64,000 nucleotides of DNA, taken from the IMG/VR virus record IMGVR_UViG_3300043427_001127, positions 107,626 to 171,625 of that record; one strand, written 5' to 3'. The notes under the pieces are model-generated. The model ran no database searches. It saw only the letters and a list, made by a program, of their open reading frames with translations, and was not told the origin of the DNA. This document shows positions 33,118-42,759 of this stretch, in pieces. Numbering within the stretch: position 1 is the stretch's first letter; every line of letters starts with the position of its first letter. The DNA comes from a virus. The translations under genes were made by a program, and so were the position numbers.

Positions 33118-35970
33118 ATGTCTTTTGGCATAGAGCAATCACAAAAAACAGGTGGTCAAACATTGGGAGGATTCATAGCTGGCAAAGCTATGCAATCTAG
33201 AGATGATGCAAAAAAAGAAAAAGAAAAGCAACAAAAGATAGAAGAAAAGGGCGGCGAAGTAAACGAAGAAGACAAAAAGGGATTATTTAAAAAAGCTCTC
33301 GCTCATAACTTTGGTGGTGGATTTTTATCTGGTAAAAAATCTTTTGGCGAAAACTTTAACTATAAAATGCCACCCAAACCAGAATCATCTGGATCATCTT
33401 CTTCCGCGTCAGGTGCTGGTGGTGGATCTGGTGGTGCTGGAAAAGGACTAGCGAAGATTCTTACTGGAGGATTTGGTTCTCTGGTAGCAGATACTACGGC
33501 TATTCAGGGGGGTTTGTCTGCGATTACGCAACTATTAAACTCTCAGTTGCAGTCTAGTAGTTTCACTTCTAACGGTATATCTGGTATTCAGGCGATTTTA
33601 GCAGATCAACTTGAATCTCAAGGTCAGATGATAGAGTTGATGGGAGGCGAAAGACCATCTTCAAGTGCTGCTGCTGGCGCTTCTGGTATGTTTGGCATGT
33701 CCCAATCATCTAAAACTGGTGGCGAAACTTTAACTGGATTTATAGCAGAAAAATGGCAACAGATTCAGGGAGTTATTAGTTTTGTTTCTGGATTGATGTC
33801 TGGTGGTGGTATAACTGGACTGATTGCAAGAATGCTTCCTGGTCCTGTTGCAAACATATTGGGTCTTGGTGGAGCGCAAGGAGCAGCTGCGGCAGGAGGT
33901 GGCGCTGCAGCGGGTGGTGGAGTTACTGCAGGAGCAGTTGCGACTGGTGCCGCTGCTACTGCCGCTGTTGCTGGTACGGGACTTGCTGCTAGTGCTGTAG
34001 GCGAAGCAACAAGAGGTCTTGGAGATCAATGGAGAAACCTAGACAATAAAAAGAAAAAGGAAATTTTAAAGAATCCATTTTTGAATACATTTTTAATGAT
34101 GCCGCCACTTACGCCAGTAGGTATTGCAGCACAGACTGGTATGATACCAGATCAGTTATTGGACATGACTGAAGACCCTATTGCTCGCGTTTTGGATGGA
34201 AACTCTGCAATAGCAGAAACTATTGGAGCTCCATTTAGGGCAATATTTGAACTTATTATGGCTGGTGGTGATGTGAGTAAATCAAATGCCAAGATGGCAG
34301 AGATTGACGCAAACCTTCGTGAAAACTTCCGTCAAGCTTTTGATCCAAATGGAAAGAAAGGATCCTGGGGATCTGCATGGGGTAATGAATATGGCACTGC
34401 TGAGTCTAGAATAACAAAGAATGCATCTGGATCTGTGATGCTTGGGGAAGCGGGTAAAGAAGCAGTTGTAGATTTGCATAGTGCGGATGCTGCTGGCATG
34501 GAAGGCACTCAAGACCCTGGCATGAAGGCGTCTGGAGCATCTATGCTTGCTGTGGTTGACCAGTTTGTGAAAGGAATGGGACCACTTGGAGCACCAGTTG
34601 CACAAGCATTGGGACCAGATGTTCAGAATCTTGCAAGACAGTTTGGTATGTCACAAACTCTACCAAACTTAAAAATAGGTGGTGGTAAGTTCAAAGAGGA
34701 TGGAAAATCAAGAAGAGAAAAAAACAAGTTTTTAGAGAATCTTATTTCTGGATCTTTAGAAGCATTAGGTGCTAAAAAGAAAGAGGATAAGCAGACAACG
34801 CCAGGTGGAGCTCCAGCTCCAACAGGAGACGCAAATCAACAAAGATCGCAAGAAAGACAAGAAGATACAAGACAAACACTTGAAAGTATTCCTGGTGCTG
34901 GTGCTGCAATGGAAAGACCTGATCCAGAAGGCATTAAAAAAGCGGAAGGCGAACAAGCAATGATGACTACTGGTAAGGTGAAAGGAACTCAAGTTAAACT
35001 AGGTACTGGTGATAAATTAACTGTTCCTAGCGCAGATTTGAATCCTGTTGAAGGCAGTAACGGTAAGTATTGGTATGATAACAAAGGACAGATATATAAA
35101 TGGCGACCAGGGGAGCAAGTTGTACAACTATACTTAGACGAAATACAGAAGCAAGGAAAAGCTGATAGTTTTGATTTGGTGAGGAATACAACAACTGGTG
35201 TTGTAAGAAGAGTCAGTACCCAAAGAGATTGGAATCCATTTAATAATGCCAGCATTATTAAAAATGGCGAATACAGTTATAGAGCAAATGATAAGTTGAT
35301 TGATAATAGAAATGGAACACCAGTTTGGTCTAGACAAACTGAGAAACAAGATTTAGGTGGATTGCATGGACCAGAAATAGCAATACCAAAACAAAGTAGT
35401 TTAACTTCTTTTGAAGATGGTGGATGGTTCCAACGTCTCACAAGATGGTTGACAACTCCAATGGGTCAAGGCGCTTCTGATAAGGCAGTTTCTTCCCTGC
35501 AAAGATCTGCTAGTGCTGGAAATATGGGAAGCACTGCACAAGGTCTCAGTAATAGGAGAGCAGCAACTGATGCTGCCATTAGAGAAATGCTGGGTCATGA
35601 AAAGGGTGGTTCTATGTTTGGTGTTACTCAACATAACAAAATCACCATTGAACAAAGGATGGATGATATTGAGAAGATGACAAAAATGTTGGCTTCCATG
35701 GTTGGATCAACTACTAGTGCTGCTGGACCATCTTCTACTTCATCTGCTCCTAAGGTTTCTGCTCCAGCATCTCCAGTAACAGCAACAGATCAAGTTGCTG
35801 ATGAGATGTCTGAAATGGCAGTTATTAATGTTATCCAATCTGGCGGTTCTTCTCCTACTATTCCAGTTGAGCAAGAATCACCTCAAAATAGTACAGATTA
35901 TATTGCAGATCCCTCTTCTAGTGGTCTAGCTTCAGTTCTTTGTATGTCTTCACCTTGGGGGGCGATGTAA
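33118..35970 (+). CDS. Hub/tape-measure-like virion protein (Gly/Ala-rich)
   Basis: GEAGKEAVV.L motif, paralogous segments with the two preceding ORFs. Confidence 0.65.
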   Translation: MSFGIEQSQKTGGQTLGGFIAGKAMQSRDDAKKEKEKQQKIEEKGGEVNEEDKKGLFKKALAHNFGGGFLSGKKSFGENFNYKMPPKPESSGSSSSASGAGGGSGGAGKGLAKILTGGFGSLVADTTAIQGGLSAITQLLNSQLQSSSFTSNGISGIQAILADQLESQGQMIELMGGERPSSSAAAGASGMFGMSQSSKTGGETLTGFIAEKWQQIQGVISFVSGLMSGGGITGLIARMLPGPVANILGLGGAQGAAAAGGGAAAGGGVTAGAVATGAAATAAVAGTGLAASAVGEATRGLGDQWRNLDNKKKKEILKNPFLNTFLMMPPLTPVGIAAQTGMIPDQLLDMTEDPIARVLDGNSAIAETIGAPFRAIFELIMAGGDVSKSNAKMAEIDANLRENFRQAFDPNGKKGSWGSAWGNEYGTAESRITKNASGSVMLGEAGKEAVVDLHSADAAGMEGTQDPGMKASGASMLAVVDQFVKGMGPLGAPVAQALGPDVQNLARQFGMSQTLPNLKIGGGKFKEDGKSRREKNKFLENLISGSLEALGAKKKEDKQTTPGGAPAPTGDANQQRSQERQEDTRQTLESIPGAGAAMERPDPEGIKKAEGEQAMMTTGKVKGTQVKLGTGDKLTVPSADLNPVEGSNGKYWYDNKGQIYKWRPGEQVVQLYLDEIQKQGKADSFDLVRNTTTGVVRRVSTQRDWNPFNNASIIKNGEYSYRANDKLIDNRNGTPVWSRQTEKQDLGGLHGPEIAIPKQSSLTSFEDGGWFQRLTRWLTTPMGQGASDKAVSSLQRSASAGNMGSTAQGLSNRRAATDAAIREMLGHEKGGSMFGVTQHNKITIEQRMDDIEKMTKMLASMVGSTTSAAGPSSTSSAPKVSAPASPVTATDQVADEMSEMAVINVIQSGGSSPTIPVEQESPQNSTDYIADPSSSGLASVLCMSSPWGAM

Positions 35971-37376
35971 TGTCTTTAGACTTAAATGCAGTAGTTAAAT
36001 CTGTTACTATAACTGACACAAAAGGTGTATCACATCCGCTTACTGGAAATAATCCAGAAGCTCAGATAGTTGGGTTGAAGATTTTTGAGAGTATAGAAAG
36101 TTATACAATGATGGCAGAACTTATGATTTTTGATACTGCCATAAACTTGGTGGGAACTGCACCAATCGTGGGAACTGAAACCGTAGAAATAGAACTAGAA
36201 GCACCAAATATTTCAGAGACTACTTATAAATGGAAGTTTGTTGTGTATGGCATCAGAAACAGAGTTGTGTCAAAAAATCAACAACTATATGTTTTAGATT
36301 TATTTTCTGAAGAAGCTTTACGAAATGAGACTTTGAGAATAGGAAAAGTTCTTAAAGAAACTGGAGATAAAATAGTCGAAGATATTGTAAAAAATTATTT
36401 AAAATCAGAAAAACAAATAGTGGATAGAGAAGTTGCTAAGTATAAGATGAAACTAATCCCTGCATTGAAAAGACCCTTTGATGTGATTACTTCTATTTTA
36501 CCAGAATGTGTTTCAAGTACTGCTAATCCTAGCGTACCAAACTCAGCAACATCACTTTCTGGAAGTGGTGGTGCAGCATCAAACCAAAATGGTGTTACTA
36601 ACTCAGTCACAGCAACATCGGCACCTGTTATTTCTGGGAGTGCTGGATACATGTTTTTTGAGAGATATGATGGTTATGTTTTTAAGTCAATAGACAGCAT
36701 GATTATTGCCGATTCAAAGCATAAAGAATATGTCTATGCGTATGCTCAATCAGATCAAGACACAGCGGAAAAAAACTCATATAAAATCCTCAACTATTCT
36801 TTTTCAAGTCAAGAAAATATTTTAAGAAAAATGAGATATGGTGTTTATTCTTCAATGATCTCATTTTTCAATCCTTCTTCGTGTGAATATGAAGAATATT
36901 TTTTTGATTTGAGTAAAGAATATCCACAGATGTATCATTTGGGTAAAGACGAAGCTTTGCCAGAAACTATAAAAACTTTATCTCAGTTTCCGACTCGCAT
37001 TATGTTACAATGCTTTGATCATGAAATCTTCCATAATACTGATGGTATTGCTGCTCCTGACCAAGGAGGAACTGCAGAGTTCCCAGACTTCAAAAAACAG
37101 TGGTTAGCTCAATCAGTCAGTAGAGGAATGATATTGAATAATCAGGTGCTAAATATCACTATACCTATTAATTTTGACTTAAGAGCTGGAGATAAACTCA
37201 AAGTTCAACTACCAAATCAATCAGTGCAATCTAAACGTGAAGATGAAAAATATGATAAAGCAAATAGTGGATTTTATTTAATCAAAAAAATATCTTATGA
37301 AGTTATGAGAGATAATAACAAAGGATTGATAGCAGTTTGTAACTTAGAGTTAATCCGAGACAACCTAGGGAGTTAA
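35970..37376 (+). CDS. Baseplate hub protein (gp27-like)
   Basis: FESI, GYMFFE..DG..FKSIDS, L.AGD.....LP, SG.YLI; precedes gp5. Confidence 0.7.
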   Translation: MSLDLNAVVKSVTITDTKGVSHPLTGNNPEAQIVGLKIFESIESYTMMAELMIFDTAINLVGTAPIVGTETVEIELEAPNISETTYKWKFVVYGIRNRVVSKNQQLYVLDLFSEEALRNETLRIGKVLKETGDKIVEDIVKNYLKSEKQIVDREVAKYKMKLIPALKRPFDVITSILPECVSSTANPSVPNSATSLSGSGGAASNQNGVTNSVTATSAPVISGSAGYMFFERYDGYVFKSIDSMIIADSKHKEYVYAYAQSDQDTAEKNSYKILNYSFSSQENILRKMRYGVYSSMISFFNPSSCEYEEYFFDLSKEYPQMYHLGKDEALPETIKTLSQFPTRIMLQCFDHEIFHNTDGIAAPDQGGTAEFPDFKKQWLAQSVSRGMILNNQVLNITIPINFDLRAGDKLKVQLPNQSVQSKREDEKYDKANSGFYLIKKISYEVMRDNNKGLIAVCNLELIRDNLGS

Positions 37377-37381
37377 AAAAT

Positions 37382-37600
37382 ATGACAGATAAATCTATAA
37401 GCGATCATATTGAGCGCGATAAAAAAATATTAGACGATCCTCTGGTATCTTCGCAGTCAAGAAGACACGCAGAAGAAGAACTTGAACAACTAGAAAGATA
37501 TCAACAAAATCATCCAAACGATGACCACGATCCAAGTCCTTTGGAGTTATATTGTAATGATAACCCAGAGGCATTAGAATGTAGAGTATATGAAGTCTGA
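37382..37600 (+). CDS. cp12: CP12 Calvin-cycle inhibitor
   Basis: C-terminal PSPLELYCNDNPEALECRVYE. Confidence 0.92.
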   Translation: MTDKSISDHIERDKKILDDPLVSSQSRRHAEEELEQLERYQQNHPNDDHDPSPLELYCNDNPEALECRVYEV

Positions 37601-40272
37601 TGTTACCTGAACTTAACTTACCTGTTAATTTTGCTGGAAAAGATGGTTTCTACTGGTGGATAGGGCAAGTAGAGACGGAAGATGGTGTAAAAAATTCTAA
37701 CAGGTATAAAGTTCGCATTGTTGGGCAGCATGTCAAGAGTTGCACTGCTGTTCCCGTTGAAGATTTACCATGGGCAGTGGTAATGCTCCCAGTGACAGCA
37801 CCATCAAGCGAAGGAAATAGTAACTACTCTCCTGCTAAGTTGCAGAAGGGAGATTGGGTTATTGGTTTCTTTATGGATGGTGCTGTTGGGCAGCAACCCA
37901 TTATTATGGGTAGTCTACAAAAAGTTACCAACTCAACAAAAAATAATAAACTTGATGGTGAAAATCCAACAACAGAATGCCTAGCATTCACTAGATACGT
38001 TCCGCCAACAAACCCATATATTGCACAACCTGTAGGTGCTATTGATAAATCTGATGCCAGACCTGGAAATACAGGTGATGTAAAAGGAAAGGGAACAAAT
38101 AATCCTGGTCCACCTCCCGCTGTTGCTAGATCTGCATCTGAATACAGTCCAACCGCAACATCAACTAGATTTTCTTGTGCAAATGTTGCTGATGTAGCGT
38201 GTAAAGATACGAATAAGACAAACAGTTGGATGGAAAATACTCTAACTGAGTTATTTGGTTCTATATCAAGTAGTGGAGGACAGATAGGAACTCAGTTATT
38301 GAGTAGTGCTACAGGAACATTAGTTGATTATGCAAGTGCAGCAAAAGGATATATTAACAGAGCATTTGGTGTAGCAAAAGCTTATTTGGAAAGAGCAAAA
38401 GCACAAATGTTAGCACTAATAAAACAAGGTGTTGGTGCTATTGTTAAGTTTACTATGGGTGTTCCCGCACCAACTATTGATCCAGTAACAGGAGAAGCAG
38501 TAAAGACTAAAAAAACTGGAGTTCTCGGAACTATTATTCAGTGGTTAAACGATCAACTTGGGTTAGTAAACTGCGCGATTGCTGATTTAGAACAAAAACT
38601 TTTAGATTTTCTTACCAAGTTAATAACAGATCTATTGACCAGTGTTGTAAATGGAGCAACTTGTATTGTAGAAGCGGTAATATCTGAGATTTTATCGGAA
38701 ATAGAATCATATTTGACAGGATTGATTGACGCTATATTGGGACCACTGCAAGCATTGTTAGGAATCATTGCTAGTCCTTTGAATATTTTAGGTGCGGCTT
38801 TAGAATATATTTTTCAACTATTGGGAATATCATGTAGTGGTAATGGCAACAAATGTAGAGACGAGGAACAGTTAAAAAACTGTACTGGACCAGAGAAAAA
38901 ACCTGGCGAAGATGATTTCGCGGCATTGGATAAGTTAATCGCGGATATTCAAGATGATATTGCTCCATCTCCACTCCAAACCAGTTGCGCTGCTTCTGAA
39001 GCTATTCCTTGTGCTCCACTGACAGAAGCAGATGTTGCTGGCGGAGAACCAAACCCAGAAGAGTTTACGGGTGAACCAGAAGGAACTTTAGATCCACCTT
39101 CAGATCCATTTGGAGAAGATTATTTTGATGATTTTCCAAATCCATACGAACCAGATGAAGATGATTTGCCAGATGGAGAAGACGATACTGGAGATACCAC
39201 AACAACTTTACCATTGATAGCTGGCGTGGTTAGTAATGGATTCTTTAGTGTATTAGGTACTACAGAGATAGTATCTGACATAAACACAGTATTAAATGCC
39301 AATCTGGTAACAACTGGGCATTTTTCAATATATCCTACTGGAACTGAAGAAGATGGTGTGAGTTTTACAGATGCTACTGAGGGGCAAACACCTTCTGTTT
39401 TTGTTTCGTATTCTCTCACTTCTAACAAGAATACAGTTTCTGCGGGAGAAAGCATAACCTTTACATTAACCGATTTGTCTGAAACTATTGCTGATGGAAC
39501 TGTGTTTGATTATGTATTATTTGGAGTGGTGCAAACTGGAGATTTTGTGGGTAATAGTATTCTTGGGCAAATGACCATGAATAATAGTGTTTCTACAAAA
39601 ACTATTCAAATTTCAAGTAATCTTAGTTTTGTTGGATCTAGGCAAGTAACTTTTAATGTTGCAGCTAGATCTAAACTTTTTACAATAAACAATCTCGTTC
39701 CAGATTCTACCACACCTACAACAACACCGCAACCTACTTTTAAACCTCCTGTGTTAGGAACTCCAGAAGTAGATGATGAAGGAAAAATCATTGACATACC
39801 AATAGAAGATCCTGGAGATCCTTACATTTTCCCACCATTCATAAAAATATATGGAACTGGAGTGGGAGCTTCTGCAAAAGCGGTTCTGGATAATAGTGGA
39901 AGACTATCAAAAGTTTTAGTACAACGTCCTGGTAGAGGATATACGCCTAATAAAACTCCAGCAAAATCATGTGTTATTGATGGATTTGTAGTCATTCGAC
40001 CAGGAGTGGGATACACAAAAACTCCAACAATATATGTTGATGGAGATCCAGCAGTTGCTAGAGCGATTATAAATGACAAAGGAAATATTGTAGACATAGA
40101 AGTTTTGAATAAATTAAAACCTTTTGAGGGATATCCTGAGATTATTATACAAGGCAACGGTGCTGGAGCAAAAGCGATACCTTCTTTCTCTTGCCTAGAT
40201 AATAAGAGATTCAATCTACTTGTTGGTGAGATTGCTCCTTCTGGTGTTGATGAAGTTGTTGATTGTCCATAA
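37600..40272 (+). CDS. gp5: gp5-like baseplate hub protein, N-terminal OB-fold part
   Basis: GKDGFYWWIGQVE, RYKVRIVG.H, DLPWA, WVIGFFMDG...QQPIIMG. Confidence 0.85.
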   Translation: MLPELNLPVNFAGKDGFYWWIGQVETEDGVKNSNRYKVRIVGQHVKSCTAVPVEDLPWAVVMLPVTAPSSEGNSNYSPAKLQKGDWVIGFFMDGAVGQQPIIMGSLQKVTNSTKNNKLDGENPTTECLAFTRYVPPTNPYIAQPVGAIDKSDARPGNTGDVKGKGTNNPGPPPAVARSASEYSPTATSTRFSCANVADVACKDTNKTNSWMENTLTELFGSISSSGGQIGTQLLSSATGTLVDYASAAKGYINRAFGVAKAYLERAKAQMLALIKQGVGAIVKFTMGVPAPTIDPVTGEAVKTKKTGVLGTIIQWLNDQLGLVNCAIADLEQKLLDFLTKLITDLLTSVVNGATCIVEAVISEILSEIESYLTGLIDAILGPLQALLGIIASPLNILGAALEYIFQLLGISCSGNGNKCRDEEQLKNCTGPEKKPGEDDFAALDKLIADIQDDIAPSPLQTSCAASEAIPCAPLTEADVAGGEPNPEEFTGEPEGTLDPPSDPFGEDYFDDFPNPYEPDEDDLPDGEDDTGDTTTTLPLIAGVVSNGFFSVLGTTEIVSDINTVLNANLVTTGHFSIYPTGTEEDGVSFTDATEGQTPSVFVSYSLTSNKNTVSAGESITFTLTDLSETIADGTVFDYVLFGVVQTGDFVGNSILGQMTMNNSVSTKTIQISSNLSFVGSRQVTFNVAARSKLFTINNLVPDSTTPTTTPQPTFKPPVLGTPEVDDEGKIIDIPIEDPGDPYIFPPFIKIYGTGVGASAKAVLDNSGRLSKVLVQRPGRGYTPNKTPAKSCVIDGFVVIRPGVGYTKTPTIYVDGDPAVARAIINDKGNIVDIEVLNKLKPFEGYPEIIIQGNGAGAKAIPSFSCLDNKRFNLLVGEIAPSGVDEVVDCP

Positions 40273-40283
40273 CGTAAACTATC

Positions 40284-41831
40284 ATGGCAAAAAGTTGGTT
40301 AGAACTACAAGAAGAATTAAAATCTGGTGCATCTACCTTAGCGGTTCCAGTACAAGATGAGGGGTGTGGAAGTACAACCACGACTACATCTTCAAATGTT
40401 ATTGATCTAGGAGATCCTGCAGATTTAACTGCTGGTATTAGCGATACTTTATCAGAAGTTCAATCTAGTATTGATGCTTTTGGTTCTGAAGTGATGGGAG
40501 TGCTTCAAGATATCGGAGCATGGATTCCTTCTGAGTTGCAAGGATCTGCGGTTGCAGGTGGGACAGAAGCATCAGCACAAGAAAACTTTCAGGCGGGGAA
40601 TGCTTTTGCTGCAGTAGATAAGGTAAAATCAGAAGTTAGTCAAGGTGGAAACATCATAAAAACCGAAGGTCATGATAGTCAGACTGGGGATAGTTTTTAC
40701 CAGATATTAACCAGTTCTGGAGCTGGTTTTACTATTGATACAGATGGGAGTTTTTACATAAGAGGAACAAAAAATCCTTCGGAAGACCCAAAAACAGGTG
40801 GTGTTCATGTATTAGCAGACGGAGGAAGTCAGATTAAGTTGGGTGAATATTTGGTGATTGAAGTTGGCAACAACAATAAAGTTCTTTCTGGTAAATCGGG
40901 ATCTTCGGGAACAGAAGGACCAGCATTCTCATTATACATCAATGGTAACGCAGATATCAAGTGTGCTAACGGCGATTTGAGACTAGGTGGAAATAATATT
41001 TTGATTGATGCTGCAGATTCTTTAGAGTTAAAAGGAACTGATATTAAGATTCACGCTGGTGTTGGAGCTGGTGAACAACAATCAGAAGGTCAAGCACCAC
41101 CAGATGAACAGGGTGGAACTATTGAAATGAAGTCTGGCGTTTTCAAGCAAACTTATGTTAGCAAGCAAGGAATAGAATCTGCCAACTATGCAAAATGCGA
41201 TGGTGAACAGATTATTGCAATGAATGAACCTCAAGGAAACTTCGCTATTGAATCGGCGGGAACAATGAGTATTAAAGTTGAAGGTGATATGCTAGAGGAG
41301 ATTGGCGGAAGAAAGATGACAGAGGTTATGAGACAGTTCGCACCTCTTCCACCTCCACTTGGACCATCACCAATAATAAACGGCGTAAGTGCAGGATATT
41401 ATATCGTAAACAAGAATCTCATTAAACCAGCTTTAGGAGCAAAGAGTGTAGAAAAAACGCCCCCTGTAGTTTATATACACAGTCCAGAAACAGCAGTTGG
41501 TGGCGGACTTAAGGTTAGAGCAACTACTGGAAATATTGACTTAACTACAAACTTGGGAAATGTCATAATGGCATCCCAACAAGATATGTTTGCTTCTGTG
41601 TTTGATACTGCTTCCATGAAAGCAGACTTGTCTACTCCTGCTTTGGTCAAAGGTTTAACTAAACCAGGAGTATATGTTGGATCTGTGTTGTCAAAAACAA
41701 CACTGTTTAGTGGCACTGGTGTTTTGATGGGCATTACACCAACACCAATCGTTCCACCAGTTGATAAGTTTATAGATATTGCTTTGACAAGAACAACAAT
41801 CAAAAATATGACTGGCATCTTCTTGAACTGA
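40284..41831 (+). CDS. Probable gp5 C-terminal spike (beta-helix) portion
   Basis: Position after gp5-N; short alternating beta-strand repeats; ends IFLN. Confidence 0.55.
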   Translation: MAKSWLELQEELKSGASTLAVPVQDEGCGSTTTTTSSNVIDLGDPADLTAGISDTLSEVQSSIDAFGSEVMGVLQDIGAWIPSELQGSAVAGGTEASAQENFQAGNAFAAVDKVKSEVSQGGNIIKTEGHDSQTGDSFYQILTSSGAGFTIDTDGSFYIRGTKNPSEDPKTGGVHVLADGGSQIKLGEYLVIEVGNNNKVLSGKSGSSGTEGPAFSLYINGNADIKCANGDLRLGGNNILIDAADSLELKGTDIKIHAGVGAGEQQSEGQAPPDEQGGTIEMKSGVFKQTYVSKQGIESANYAKCDGEQIIAMNEPQGNFAIESAGTMSIKVEGDMLEEIGGRKMTEVMRQFAPLPPPLGPSPIINGVSAGYYIVNKNLIKPALGAKSVEKTPPVVYIHSPETAVGGGLKVRATTGNIDLTTNLGNVIMASQQDMFASVFDTASMKADLSTPALVKGLTKPGVYVGSVLSKTTLFSGTGVLMGITPTPIVPPVDKFIDIALTRTTIKNMTGIFLN

Positions 41832-41834
41832 CAC

Positions 41835-41863
41835 TTGACAACCCTGCCAAAACCCAGTACAAT
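41835..41863 (+). promoter_or_regulatory. Early promoter
   Basis: TTGACA-N17-TACAAT. Confidence 0.75.
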
Positions 41864-41886
41864 AGCAATGTAGTCGCTTCAAGGTC

Positions 41887-42087
41887 ATGGAGTCTCATAT
41901 GAATCTCAAAAATCCACAGGAACAGGCTCTTGACATCATCACGGTTGACCTGTATAATAAGAAGATCGTCATACGGGGTGAGGATGCCACTACCATCACA
42001 TTTAAATGCTCTACTATCAATGAGTTGGTTGAGTTAAAGGACGAATGTTCTCGATTACTTAAGTCCAAAAACTTTGCTTATCGCTAA
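41887..42087 (+). CDS. Hypothetical protein
   Basis: 66 aa ORF after promoter. Confidence 0.65.
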   Translation: MESHMNLKNPQEQALDIITVDLYNKKIVIRGEDATTITFKCSTINELVELKDECSRLLKSKNFAYR

Positions 42088-42088
42088 T

Positions 42089-42161
42089 GCTGGTTTAGCT
42101 ATCTGGTGAAAGCACCCGACTCATAATCGGATACAGGCGAGTTCGATCCTCGCAACCAGCA
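42089..42161 (+). tRNA. tRNA with CAT anticodon (elongator Met or lysidine-type Ile2)
   Basis: Cloverleaf, G1:C72 paired, loop CTCATAA. Confidence 0.88.
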
Positions 42162-42162
42162 C

Positions 42163-42191
42163 TTGACAATCCGAGCAAACTCTGCTATGAT
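42163..42191 (+). promoter_or_regulatory. Early promoter
   Basis: TTGACA-N17-TATGAT with TG extension. Confidence 0.8.
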
Positions 42192-42204
42192 TGTCTCATC
42201 ACCT

Positions 42205-42288
42205 GGGGCGGTGGTGGAATCGGTAGACACACCAGACTTAAAATCTGTTGGGAGCAATCCCGTGAGAGTTCAAGTCTCTCTCGCCCTA
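42205..42288 (+). tRNA. tRNA-Leu(TAA)
   Basis: Class II cloverleaf, loop CTTAAAA; no intron. Confidence 0.95.
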
Positions 42289-42320
42289 TCCCCACTAAAT
42301 AATGTGTAGTGGGAAATGTT

Positions 42321-42587
42321 ATGAAATACACATTATCTCAAGCATATGTCTTTTATATGGGTGAGGTTGTGCGTATGTATTTCATACAAGGTCTTCCTTA
42401 TACATTTGATGAACTTCCTCAAATAGTACAAGACCATCCTTCAGTTCAATCAGAAGCTCTTTCTCATCGTGACTACGATGACGAAGATATGTTTAACTGG
42501 TGCAACTATCTTGTTATGGAAGAAATGCACCCTTTAATGTTTGACATAGAAGTGGAAAACCCAGATTTACTCCCAAAAGACGAATAA
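42321..42587 (+). CDS. Conserved cyanophage hypothetical protein
   Basis: VRMYFIQGLPYTFDE...EEMHPL. Confidence 0.7.
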   Translation: MKYTLSQAYVFYMGEVVRMYFIQGLPYTFDELPQIVQDHPSVQSEALSHRDYDDEDMFNWCNYLVMEEMHPLMFDIEVENPDLLPKDE

Positions 42588-42588
42588 T

Positions 42589-42662
42589 GCCCTGATAGCT
42601 CAGCTGGATAGAGCAACGGTTTTGTAAACCGTAGGTCGTCGGTTCAAGTCCGACTCGGGGCT
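42589..42662 (+). tRNA. tRNA-Thr(TGT)
   Basis: Cloverleaf, loop TTTGTAA. Confidence 0.95.
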
Positions 42663-42686
42663 CTCCGTGTGAAGGAAGTCAAATCC

Positions 42687-42712
42687 AACCTGAGGTCTCC
42701 TCAGGTTTTTTT
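42687..42712 (+). terminator. Rho-independent terminator followed by late promoter TATAAATA (42714-42721)
   Basis: AACCTGAGG-TCT-CCTCAGGTTTTTTT. Confidence 0.85.
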
Positions 42713-42759
42713 GTATAAATAACTCAGAAGAAATCCACCATAGTTAGGGTAACTGAGTA

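Noticed and set aside
37382-37600. cp12 placed inside the baseplate cluster
   Set aside because: A known auxiliary gene, and to my knowledge a common location in cyanomyoviruses.
42205-42288. Group I intron in tRNA-Leu(UAA), as in many cyanobacteria
   Set aside because: The anticodon loop is contiguous.
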